From contig OX597843.1 of assembly GCA_951406725.2 (NCBI GenBank), forward strand, positions 6,510,001-6,574,000: a stretch of 64,000 bases of DNA, read 5' to 3'. Every line of letters starts with the position of its first letter. Position 1 is the stretch's first letter. The position numbers and the translations under genes are program-made. The notes under the pieces were generated by a model that did not search any database, was not told the origin of the DNA, and worked only from the letters and a program-made list of their open reading frames with translations. Shown piece by piece: positions 12,550-23,885 of the stretch. The DNA is from Octopus vulgaris (Eukaryota).

Positions 12550-13265
12550 TTTGTTCATCCCCCCCCCGCTTTCAGCCCTTGTCTCTTTACCTCTTCCTTT
12601 CCCTCCTGCTCTTACACTATTATCCCATTCTCCCCCCCTCTCTCTCTCTCTCTCCCTCTTCATGTCATATTGTTTCCTCTTCCCCTCCTCTCTCCACACC
12701 AACGAATATCTCCCTTCTCTCTCTCTCTCATCTTTCTGCTTTCCCCTCCTTTCATCCACACTCTACACTCTCTATCTTCTCTCCTTCTCTCTCCCTTTCA
12801 CTTACATCACATTGTCAGTCCCCCTCCCTCCTCCCTCTGCTTTCCCTTTCCTCTTGCTCCTACACTACACTCCCCTTCTCTCTCTGTGCTTATTTATTTT
12901 CCTCCCCCTTCATATCATACTTTCTTTCTCTCTCTCTCTCTCTCTGCTATCACTCACATTATACTGTCAATCACTCTCCCTCTCTCTTACCTTTCTGCCT
13001 TCCCCTACCTCCTGCTCCTACACTATACTCCCTATCTATCTACCTCCCCCTACCTTCGCCTCATACTCTTTTCCCTTTCACTTACATCACACTGTCTATC
13101 TCCTCCCCCTCTCTCTCCAATGCACATCACCCTTTCCCTCTCTTTCAACCTCCATTCTATGTCAGTCTATCTCCTTCTCTTTCTCTACCCCAACGACTCT
13201 CTATCTCCCTCCCTCCATTCTATCTATCAGTCTGTCTGTCCGTCTGTCCCCCTATCTTCTCCTCC
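12550..13265. repeat. CT-rich low-complexity tract
   Basis: Strong pyrimidine bias on the + strand; source of the spurious 250-334 aa ORFs. Confidence 0.85.
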
Positions 13266-13744
13266 ATGTCACACAGTTTCCTTCACTGCAAAGTCACCAG
13301 CCGGCTGCAAAATGCCATCAAAAATAGGAATTAGGTAAGAACACCCCACCACCACCCTGCTCCCCTACAAGACAACACACTCCACCACCACTGCACCCCA
13401 CCACACACACCTCATCACCATTGCTACACTGCAACCAGCCACATTAGAAAAAGGAGTGCGGTGGTGACAGGTACACCAACAGTGTGTATGTCCGGAGGTG
13501 CAACATGGACCGTTTTCTATCTTTTTCTTGTTTCAGTCACTGGACTGTGCCCACGCTGGGGCACCACCTCGAAGAATTTGTGGTTGAAAGTACAGCTTTT
13601 TAAAGCCTGGTATTTACTCTATCGATCACTGCTAAGTTACAGGGACATAAACACACCAACACTGGTTGCCAAGTGGAGACAAACACAGATATATACAGGT
13701 ATATATGCATAAATGATGGGCATCTATCAGTTTCTGTTTTATCT

Positions 13745-14465
13745 CTCAGTCATTTGACCGTGGCCCGAGGCTACAGTTGCCCAAGGTGTCACTTGCCCAA
13801 GGTGAACCCGGAACCATGTGGTTGGTAAGCAAGCTGTTTACCACACAGCCACACTTGCGCTTATATACTCTTTTACTTGTTTCAGTCATTTGACTGCGGC
13901 CATGCTGGAGCAGTGCCTTTAGTCGAGCAAATCGACCCCAGGACTTATTCTTTGTAAGCCCAGTACTTATTCTATCGGTCTCTTTTGCCGAACCGCTAAG
14001 TAACGGGGACATAAACACACCAGCATCGGTTGTCAAGCAATGCTAGGGGGACAAACACAAACACATATACACACATATATATATATATATACATATATAC
14101 GACAGGCTTCTTTCAGTTTCCGTCTACCAAATCCACTCACAAGGCATTGGTCGGCCTGGGGCTATAGCAGAAGACACTTGCCCAAGATGCCACACAGTGG
14201 GACTGAACCCTGAACAATGTGGTTGGTTAGCAAGCTACTAACCACACAGCCACTCCTGTGCCTATATATGTATGTATGTATCTATGTATATATACACACA
14301 CACACGATGGGCTTCTTTCAGATTTTGTTTAATAAAACCACTCACAAGGCTTTGGTTGACCTGAGGCAATAGTAGAAGACACTTGCTCAAGGTGCCATGC
14401 AATGGAACTGAACCCAGAACCATGTAGTTGGGAAGCAAGCTACTTACCACATAGCCACTCCTGTG
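13745..14465 (-). mobile_element. SINE family A: full copy (13865-14262) flanked by two head fragments
   Basis: Reverse complement of the consensus; heads end at ~13860, ~14262 and ~14465. Confidence 0.8.
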
Positions 14466-14491
14466 CTTATATACATATGTATATATATATT

Positions 14492-14547
14492 CTAGCAAAA
14501 CTGTCTGACGAACGGCAACGGGAAACTCAGAGTAACAGGTTTTGTTG
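14492..14547 (+). ncRNA. Minimal type-I hammerhead ribozyme motif (Penelope-like element remnant)
   Basis: ctgt-CTGACGA(14505-14511)-a cg gcaa cg g-GAAA(14522-14525)-CTCAGAG-TA-acag. Stem I is ctgt/acag, extended by agcaaaa/ttttgtt. Stem II is short with a GCAA tetraloop, stem III is the quasi-palindrome ACTC-A-GAGT, and the cleavage triplet is GUA. Confidence 0.65.
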
Positions 14548-15789
14548 AATTTTCTGCTGCTTTAAATAAAGTATATATATATATACATACATACATACAC
14601 ACACACGCACACACAATGGGCTTCTTTCAGTTTCCGTCTACCAAATCTACTCAGAATGCTTCAGTTGGCCCAAGGTCATAGTAGAAGACACTTGCCGACA
14701 GTTCCACGCAGCATTGAGGATGAAGGAAGCCAGCTCAACCCACCCCGGGTGGATGCTGTCTCAAGAAGAAGAACAAGACACCTGACAGTCCAGTTCATAA
14801 TAATAAAGAAGAAAAGACCAGGAGTGTGTGATTTGAGGGGGATGTGGGTGCTGTTTCTACCAGATCTGGCTACCATGTAGATGTCTTGCTGCTGTCTTAA
14901 AGAGATGTCATGTTGTATAACGTAGCCCAAAGCTGGAATGTTTTTAATTGTCTGTCAGCTCCATTAGGTTTTACCTGAGGTTAAACAAGGAAAATATGAG
15001 GAAGGTGGGAAGCCAGACACACGTGTGGGGTGGGGGTGAGAAGGGTGTGTGTGTGTGTGTGTGTGCATGAGAGTATGTGTGTGTGATGGTGTGTATGTGA
15101 GGGTGAATGTGTGTGAGGGTGTGCGTGTGAGGGTGTGTGTGTGTGTGAGGACGTGTGAGGGGGTGCGTGCAAGGGTGTGTGCAAGTGTGTGTGTGAGGGT
15201 GTTGATGTGTGCAAATGTGTGTGTGCGTGAGTGTTTATGTGTGTGAGGGTGTTTTTGTGTGTGTGGTTTGTGTGTATACGAGTGTCTGTGAAGGTGTGTG
15301 TGTGTGTGTGCGTGAGCGTGTTTGTGTGTGTAAGGCTGTTTGTAGGTGAGTGTGCATGAGGGTGTGTGTGTGTGGTTTGTGTGTGTCTGTGAAGGTGTGT
15401 GAGTGAGATGTAGGCAGAGATATTCTCTCAATCCCTTCTACAACAACAAGATACGTGTACAGATGCTGAATGCGTCAGGAAGAAGAAGAAGAATTCAACA
15501 TCTTCACCCTTATGGTCGAGGGGTAGGGTAGGGGTGAGCCAGATGTTCGCGGCAGGGGGTTGTGGTGGGGGGGAGGGGAGGCGCAGGGAGAAAGGGTTCT
15601 TCTGTTAAACCCATAATGCTAAAATGCCTGAAAGTGACACCGGCACCCATCCACCCACCCCTAATACCGTTGCCACCCCTATCAAGACAAACAGCTACAA
15701 TCTCTACACTTTCACCCTTATTGGCAATAACAGTTGCACCACCATCCACCCCTGACACAGCTTCCGCCATCGCCCACTGCTAACAACAT

Positions 15790-16455
15790 CTCCGTAACCA
15801 TGGATCGCTACCACACACCACCATCATGGTCGGTCATTGATAGAGGCATCGGCACTGCCCACCACCACCACCATCATCATCATCAGCATCAATGCCAACG
15901 TCACTACCTCCACTAACACCATCTTTATTACCACCACCACCATCATCCCCACCATCATCATCATCACCACCATCATCATCACCATCATCATCACCATCAT
16001 CATCACCATCATCCCCACCACCATCACTGCCACCATCATCATCATCAACAACATCACAACCTCCACCATCATCACTGCCACCACTTTCACCACCACCATC
16101 ATCATCAGCAACATCTCCATCACCACCATCATTATCATTGCCAACATCTCCACCACCACCACCGTCATTGCTACCAGCATCATCACCATCATCAGCGGAA
16201 ACATCTACACCCCCCCATCATCACAAATTGCCACCACCACCACTGGAATCAATATTGCCAACATCACCTCCACCACCATCATCATCAACATCATCAATGC
16301 CAGCATCACCTCCACAACCATACATCGCTACCACACAAATCACCCCACTGCCAACACTGCCACAACCATCCCTATCACCAACACCTACACCTCCACCATC
16401 CACCCTACTGTCAACATGACTGCCTCCACCACCACCACCACCACCACATACTGCT
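15790..16455. repeat. Degenerate (CAT/CAC)n trinucleotide repeat
   Basis: Runs of catcac/accacc. Confidence 0.9.
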
Positions 16456-16779
16456 AACCCCTACCCCCAACCCCTTCACCCACGTCCCAGCTGACTTCCT
16501 TTTATAGTCATTAAAAGCTCCCTCTTGGTTGTCTAGTTCACAGCATCTGTGCACACACACACACACACAGTCATTGGTTCCTATTTAGGGGACCTATTTA
16601 TTTAGGGAGCAATCTATGTAGAGCCCCATTTATGCAAAGGACCCAGCTATTTAAACACCTATTTAGGGACCAGTTCATTTAGGCAGCTATTCTTATAGGG
16701 ACTAATTTAGAAATCTATTTAGGGACCAATTTATTTCAGGACCTACATATTCGAGGACCCAGTTATTTGGAGACATGGA

Positions 16780-17339
16780 AATGGCTGTGTGGTGAAGAAG
16801 TTTCCTTTCCGACCACGTGGTTTCAGGTTCACTCCCACAGCATGGCACCTTGAGCAAGTGTCTTCTGCAACAGTCCAGGACCATCCAAAACGATGGGAGT
16901 GGATTTGGTAGACAGAAACTGAAAGAAGCCCATCATATATATATATATTTACTTTTTTACTTGTTTCAGTCATTTGACTGTGGCCATGCTGGAGCACCAC
17001 CTTTAGTTGAGCAAATCGACCCTGGGACTTATTCTTTTGTAAGCCCAGTACTTATTCTATCGGTCTCTTTTGCCGAACCGCTAAGTTACGGGGACGTAAA
17101 CACACCGGCATCGGTTGTTAAGCAATGCTAGTGGGACAAACACACAAACATATACACACACACTTATATATATATACGACAGGCTTCTTTCAGTTTCTGT
17201 CTACCAAATCCACTCACAAGGCATTGGTTGGCCCGGGACTATAGCAGAAGACACTTACCCAAGATGCCACGCGGTGAGACTGAACCCGGAACCATGTGGT
17301 TGGTTAGCAAGCTACTTACCACACAGCCACTCCTGCGCC

Positions 17340-17340
<1 letters not shown>
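16780..17340. mobile_element. Convergent SINE family A pair: + head (16780-16935) and full - copy (16950-17340)
   Basis: Both segments match the family A consensus in opposite orientations. Confidence 0.8.
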
Positions 17341-17395
<55 letters not shown>

Positions 17396-17949
17396 GGATT
17401 AATTCAAAACAATGTGGATAAGTAAGGATTCCCATCCAACCCATGCCAGCATGGACAACAGACATTAAATGATGATGATTTAACAAAGAAATATGAATGC
17501 AAAAGGGTTCAGGTGTAATTGGAGGGGGAATTTCACTGCTATTTCAAACGGGTCAGCTGACAACATAGAGGTCCCGTACATGTTTACAGCGAAACTAAGG
17601 TAAACAAAGCCAAGTCCCAGAGACACACTACTGCCCACGGTGTGATGTGAACCAGCCATCACATTGAGAGGAATATATACATTACAGCCAGGCCCCAGGG
17701 AGAATACACTGTCTACAGCGTGACGTGAACTACCACCCAGAGGAAGATGAACATTACTCTGGTGTCCCTAACTCACTCCCTTCCTGAGACTAATGTAAAC
17801 ATCATAAATACATTCTGTGGGCCCCTGAAGCTGTAAATGGGCCGCACTGTGAAGTGAACCAGTGAGGTCGCTGAGAGGAAGGTAAAGATCTTTACTGTGT
17901 CCCAGGGAGGGAGGGAGAATACAATGCCCTCAGTGTGACGTGAACTCAC

Positions 17950-17968
17950 CATCCCAATGACACCAAGT
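17950..17968 (-). CDS. Candidate 19-nt microexon of the same gene
   Basis: Minus strand reads cttccttgttctcttctaatctcttcttcaacAG|ACTTGGTGTCATTGGGATG|GTGAGT: branch-like CTAAT, strong pyrimidine tract and consensus donor. Joined to the phase-1 exon it reads N-L-V-S-L-G. The donor overlaps a locally duplicated sequence, so it could be a chance match. Confidence 0.35.
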
Positions 17969-18137
17969 CTGTTGAAGAAGAGATTAGAAGAGAACAAGGA
18001 AGTATTTGTAGCGGAGAGGAGTGGGATGGGAGAGGAGGTGGGGAGGAGAGAGACTGGCCGGAAAGGAGTGGTAGCCACTAGATATATATACATATACACA
18101 CACATATATATACACACACACACATATACACACACAC

Positions 18138-18542
18138 TCTCTTTTACTCTTTTACATGCTTCAGTGATTTGACTGTGGCCATGCTGGAGCACTGCCTTTA
18201 ATCGAGCAAATCGACCCCGGGACTTATTCTTTGTAAGCCCAGTACTTATTCTATCGGTCTCTTTTGCCGAACTGCTAAGTTACGGCAACGTAAACACACC
18301 AGCATCGGTTGTCAAGCAATGTTAAGGGGACAAACACAGACACACAAACATATACACACATATATATATATATATATACACATATATATTTCAGTTTCCG
18401 TCTACTAAATCCACTCACAAGGTATTGGTCGGCCCGAGTCTATATTAGAAGACACTTGCCCAAGGTGCCATGCAGTGGGACTGAACCCGGAACCATGTGG
18501 TTCGTAAGCAAGCTACTTACCACACAGCCACTCCTGCACCTG
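18138..18542 (-). mobile_element. SINE family A, near full length
   Basis: Reverse complement of the consensus. Confidence 0.85.
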
Positions 18543-19684
18543 TATGTACATATATATATATATATATATACACACACATATACTTATATATATATATATA
18601 CACACATGTATGCCACACACACACATATACATCCCACCCCACCACTGCCACAGAGACCCCTATGGGTGGTTTTATGGTCGACTGCAACACTACAAGTATT
18701 TTCCTGACCCTGAAAGAAGGAAAGGGAAATGTCAGAGACTGGTGGGATTTGAACTCAGCATGTAACGGTAAAGGGAGCAGCATGGAGGGTAAATACCACT
18801 TTGGCAGGTCCTTTGATGTGATCCCTCTTGCTCTCTCTCCCTGGCACAATTGTAATTTGCTAAATATCACAGGCAAGAAGGGCAGGGACAGACGAAGAGA
18901 GAGGGTGCGTGCGTGCATGTATGTGTGTGTATGTATATGTGAATATATGCGTGTCTGTTAGTGCATGCGTATGTGTGTGTGTATGTGCATGTGAGTGTGC
19001 GTGTGTGAGTGTGCGTGTGCATGTCCATATGTATGTGTGTGTGTATGTATATGTGTATATATGCGTGTCTGTTAGTGCATGTATGTGTGTGCGTGCCTAT
19101 ATGTGAGTGTGCGTGTGTGTGTCCATATGTATGTGTGTGTGTATGTATATGTGTATATATGCATGTCTGTTAGTGCATGTATGTGTATGCATGTGTGTGC
19201 ATATGTATGCGTATGTATGTGTGTGTACACGTGCATGTATGTATGTGCGTGTGTTTGTGTTCACGTACATGTATGTACAGGTGTGCGTGCATGATTGTTT
19301 TGTGTGTGTGTGTTTGTGTGGTGTCTCGTCTGCATGTGTGCGGTGTGACCGCGTGGGAGGGCAACAGTAAAGGTGAGACAAAGAGCAGTTGTGCACACGC
19401 GTGTGGTGCATGTGCGCATATGTAAGGCAGGGAGCCAGTTGGTGATGGGAATACACAGAGAAGTCATTGTGTTCGTATTGGAGGAGGGGACGGCATGTTC
19501 GGAAAGGCTGAAAAAGCGCAGAATAAAATTATTGGGAAGGAAGAGGAAGTAGAGAAAGAAGAAGGAAGAGAGAGGAAGGGAGAGGAAAAAAGAAGACAAG
19601 GGGAAAGAGAGAGAGGCGAAAGATGGGGAGATGAGAAGCAAAAGATACGGGGGGAGAGCAAGGGTCGAAAAATTGGGAATTGAA

Positions 19685-20270
19685 AGATCAGGGGTGGGAG
19701 AGCTGAAGAATCAGAGGATTAGGAAGGGGAGTCAGAGGATTGAGGGTGGTTGAGTCGAGGGACTGAGGGTGGGCGAGCCGAAGGACCGGGGAGGAGAGTC
19801 AGAGGATCGGGGAGGAGAGTCAGAGGATTGGGGAGGAGAGTCAGAGGATCGGGGAGGAGAGTCAGAGGATTGGGGAGGAGAGTCAGAGGATCGGGAAGGA
19901 GGGTCGAAGGATCGTGGGTGGGAGAGCCAAAGGATCAGGGAGGAGAGTCAACAGATAGAGGGTGGAAGGAAAGTCCAAAAATCAGGGGTGGAGGGAGAGT
20001 CAAAAGATTGGGGTGGAGGGAGAGTCAAAAAATCAGGGGTGAAGGGAGAGTCAAAAGATTGGGGTGGAGGGAGAGTCAAAAAATCAGGGGTGAAGGGAGA
20101 GTCAAAAGATTGGGGTGGAGGGAGAGTCAAAAAATCAGGGGTGTAGGGAGAGTCAAAAGATTGGGGTGGAGGGAGAGTCAAAAAATCAGGGGTGTAGGGA
20201 GAGTCAAAAGATCAGGGGTGGAGGGAGAGTAAAAAAATCAGGGGTGGAGGGAGAGTCAAAAGATTGGGGA
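19685..20270. repeat. G-rich minisatellite: 21-bp unit changing to a 22/23-bp alternating (45-bp) unit
   Basis: (ggggaggagagtcagaggaty)n followed by (ggggtggagggagagtcaaaaaatca/aagatt)n. Confidence 0.9.
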
Positions 20271-20431
20271 AGGAAGGAGTTGCAAGATCGGAGGCAACAG
20301 TTGAGAAACGAGGAGAGAAATAAAAACGAAATACAAAGAAAGATGAAAGGAGATGAGATGAAGAAGAAGAAATAGAAGAAAAAAACAAAAAAGGGGGAGA
20401 GAGAAAAATAAGAGAAAAAAAAAGGACTTAC

Positions 20432-20543
20432 TTTGACGTTTGGCAGCTGGAGGTGGAATCCCCGATTTGGGGTGTGGAAGTCCTGATGGTTTCGCAATTT
20501 TGGAAGGTGTCTTTAGACCAGACGGCTTTGGATTGGTAGCCAT
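20432..20543 (-). CDS. CLIP1: Probable first coding exon of a CAP-Gly domain-containing linker protein (CLIP-170/CLIP1-like); 112 nt, phase-1 donor
   Basis: On the minus strand a pyrimidine tract ending ctctcaacAG directly precedes ATG at 20543, and a GTAAGT donor lies at 20431-20426. The peptide MATNPKPSGLKTPSKIAKPSGLPHPKSGIPPPAAKRQ resembles the CLIP-170 N-terminus (MSMLKPSGLKAPTKILKP, recalled). No CAP-Gly GKNDG exon was seen in the window, so the identity rests on this short peptide alone. Confidence 0.65.
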
Positions 20544-20604
20544 CTGTTGAGAGGAGAGAGAAAAAGAGGAGAAAAGGGTCAGTTGATGTGACGAACTTTG
20601 ATCA

Positions 20605-20707
20605 GGGTACTTATTCTATCGGTCTCTTTTGCCGAACCGCTAAGTAACGGGGACATAAACACACCAGCATCGGTTGTCAAGCAATGTTGGGGGGACAAAC
20701 ACACACA

Positions 20708-20745
<38 letters not shown>

Positions 20746-20897
20746 TACGATGGGCTTCTTTTCAGTTTCCGTCTACCAAATCCACTCACAAGGTTTCGGT
20801 CAGCCCGAGGCCATAGTAGAAGACACTTGCCCAAGGTGCCACGCAGTGGGACTGAACCCGAACCATGTGGTTGGTAAACAAGCTACTTACCACACAG
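20605..20897 (-). mobile_element. SINE family A, truncated, ~60 bp upstream of the exon acceptor
   Basis: Consensus match from gtacttattctatcgg to agctacttaccacacag. Confidence 0.85.
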
Positions 20898-21000
20898 ATA
20901 AGGGTAGAAAAATTACTGGGTGAGTGCTTTGGGGTGAGTTGTGATGGAACCCATCATCCAACAAACTGGTATGTCTTATCCTGAGAGAGAGAGAGAGAGC

Positions 21001-21520
21001 TAACATCTGACTGACTAGTGTCTTATCCAGGTGGAGATTATCTCATCATTGTATCACACCTATATTCTACATTACCTCAGTTCACACCTGGCTGTGGTGA
21101 GGGAGAGAATAGGTAGCAATTCAACTGGGGGGATGTTAACATGTGAAAGACTGGTGTCCTATCCAGGGAGATGATTATCTCTCATCATTGTATCACAACT
21201 ATATTCTACATTACCTCACTTCATACTGAGCTGTGGCGAGGGAGAGAATAGGGACCAGATCATCTGGCGGAACATTAACATGTGATGGACTGGAGTCTTA
21301 CCCAGGAGATGATTATCTCTCATCACAGTGTCTCTGTGACACAACACTATATTCCACATTACCTCACTTCATACTGAGCTGTGGCGAGGGAGAGAATAGG
21401 GACCGGATCATCTGGCGGAACATTAACATGTGATAGACTAGTGTCTTACCCAGGAGGAGACGTACCACACATCGGCAGATGGACAATTCTTCTACATCAC
21501 CTCAGTTCACACCTAGTTCT
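21001..21520. repeat. Diverged ~130-bp tandem repeat; an inverted relative lies at 56045-56470
   Basis: taacatgtga..gactrgtgtcttayccagg..gatgattatctc...tattctacattacctca recurs about 4 times. Confidence 0.7.
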
Positions 21521-21644
21521 GCTGAGAGGCTGTCAGATCATTGAGGTGGAACAATAGGTAATCAGAAAAGCTGGCCCTGTGCTCCCAATAGAGTAATGTG
21601 GATAATGTGGGCTAACCAGGGAGGAAATGGGGTACAGATTAGAC

Positions 21645-22254
21645 CAGTGGTTCTCAACTGGAGTCTGTATGGCCCCTTAGGGTCCATATAAGATTTTTGG
21701 GAGTCCACATAACAAATTTTACTTTAGATGTTGCCAGCGCCGCCCTGACTGGCCTCGTGCCGGCGGCACGTAAAAAGCACCATCCGTTCGTGGCCATCGC
21801 CAGCCTCACCTGGCCCCCGTGCCGGTGGCACATAAAAAGCACCATCCGATCGTGGCCGTTTTCCAGCCTCCCCTGGCACCTGTGCCGGTGGCACATAAAA
21901 AGCACCCACTACACGGAGTGGTTGGCGTTAGGAAGGGCATCCAGCAGTAGAAACATTGCCAGATCAGACTGGGCCTGGTGCAGCCTTCTGGCTTCCCAGA
22001 CCCCAGTTGAACCGTCCAACCCATGCCAGCATGGAAAGCGGATGCTAAACGATGATGATGATGATGATGATGTATTTATTAGTATAACATTTAACATAGT
22101 TCTACCTCCACAAGTTAATGTGTGAAGAACAAAAGAATTTTGAAAGAAGTTTCTATAAAACTAGTTTTTAAACACCGAATGGCTATGAGGGATCCACCAG
22201 AATAAAATTGTAATCAAAGGGGTCCACAGATAAAAAAATGGTCAAGAATCCCTG
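21645..22254. mobile_element. hAT-like non-autonomous element containing a nested family C insertion (21728-22072)
   Basis: Left TIR cagtggttctcaac, right TIR gtcaagaatccctg; the flanking 8-mers gattagac and gattaggg look like a degenerate 8-bp TSD. Confidence 0.65.
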
Positions 22255-22629
22255 GATTAGGGTCGAAAAACTGAAAACATTTGCGCTGTTAAAAGTTAGA
22301 TGAGAAATGCAAAACAAACAAGTGCAAAACAAAACAAAAAGATATGCGTTAAGATTCTTAAGATTCAAATTAATTAGTACAATTATCAAAAAAACATTTC
22401 CAGTAATTAAATATTACATTATTTTCACAAGAGACCAAATATAAATGTCACAGGTAAAAAGAAAAAAAAATTATTGTTTTGGAAGCTATCCAAGATTGAA
22501 CCTGCATCGGCTGTTTTGAAGAGAATAAATCTTAAATACATTCCTCCCTTAAAAATGGGGACTTTAGACTAAAAAATGTAGAAACAATCATTTTTACACC
22601 AGAAACTTATTATTATTATTATTATTATT

Positions 22630-23060
22630 GTTGAGTGAGAGAGCAGTGCATGCCATCAAAGTGACACTGGGATAAAATATACGAAGCCCAACATACCCAT
22701 CACAACTACCCGTCTGATAAGGGTACACCAGGCACATGCATCACAACCATATGTGCATGACATGGTGATCTCATATCAAGATAAACAGCACATGACCTTG
22801 CAGGTGGGGCCCAGTTAGAATTTTCTTCAGGTTGAGTAGCCCATCCCGCTCAAAAGGTCCCTGAATAAGGGTTGTTTAAGGATGTTGGACAAAACACCCA
22901 TGTTTCCAAAGGTGAATTATCCAAACCCCAAAGAATCCTTCTCAACACATGGCTATGATGCTCCCCCACTACTTCTGCTCGTGATCAGAGATGCACATAT
23001 CGTCAGCCATTAAGGGACATGCTCAACTGGTTAAGGTCAAACAACTGACAAGCAAATCTG

Positions 23061-23062
<2 letters not shown>
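22630..23062 (-). mobile_element. Repeat family E (probable LINE 3' UTR) within (ATT)n
   Basis: gagtgagagagcagtgcatgccatc...ggttaaggtcaaacaactgacaagc; near-identical copies at 43689 and 54325. Strand inferred from the position of the microsatellite tail. Confidence 0.75.
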
Positions 23063-23100
<38 letters not shown>

Positions 23101-23669
23101 CAACGAGCTGGCAGAATCCTTTGAAGGTCAGGAAAAATGCCCCCAGCCCTTTCAGCTGTACCTGAGGAAGCCTGTGACAGGAGGCTGGCTTTCCGTTCAG
23201 GGATCTCAGTAATTGTTACACTCTGGAAACTAGGTAACCAGCCCTTAGTTGCTGAATATAGCCCTACCTCTAAATTCTGTGGTTTTTGTCTTTGTAATGT
23301 ATATCATCCATTGCCCTTCTCACAATAAAATAATTATTTTAATTGGTGATGGGCATGGCAGAAAGGCGAGGCTGAATCAGTAGAGCTATGGGGTGGGCAT
23401 GGCCAAATCAGCAGGACAAAAGGTGGGTATGGCGGAATCAATAGGTGGGTGTGGCTAATTCAGCAAGGCAGTGAGGGGTATGGTCAAGCCAAGAGGGCAA
23501 TAGTGGGTGGGCATGGCCAAATCAGCGAGGCAATAGGTTGGTGTGGAAGAATCCCCTAGATGGCTGTCCCCTATATAGGGTACAGCTCATTTCATAATTG
23601 GGTTCCCAGTTTGATTTTCACAACTCCCCGCCTCTCACCATCTTGTAAGGATTCCCTGCAGTATCCACT

Positions 23670-23885
23670 CAGGCGAGCTGGCACAAGTGTTAGCACATTG
23701 GGCAAAAATGCTTAGCGGTGTTTCGTCTGTCTTTACGTTCTAAGTTCAAATTCCGCAAAGGTCGACTCTGCTTTTCATCCTTTCGGGGTCGATAAATTAA
23801 GTACCAGTTGCGTACTGGGGTCAATCTAATCGACTGGTCCCCTCCCCCCAAAATTACAGGCCTTGTGCTTAGAGTAGAAAAGAAT
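23670..23885 (+). mobile_element. SINE family B, alternative-tail variant
   Basis: Family B head and centre followed by tccccc-aaaatt-ggccttgtgc; the same tail occurs at 53170-53380. Confidence 0.75.

Noticed and set aside
12334-13338. 334-aa ORF and overlapping ~250-aa ORFs
   Set aside because: All three + frames are open because the CT-rich tract lacks stop codons; there is no recognisable domain.
15824-16457. Thr/Ile-rich, Pro/Ser-rich and Met-rich ORFs
   Set aside because: Translations of a (CAT/CAC)n microsatellite, with no splice support.
1-17900. CAP-Gly (GKNDG) exon of the CLIP1-like gene
   Set aside because: Not found by eye or in the ORF track; presumably outside the window, though small exons could have been missed.
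19464-19510. Minus-strand acceptor tttttcAG at 19509-19508 as the next coding exon
   Set aside because: In the required phase it reaches a stop after 14 codons and has no clear donor.
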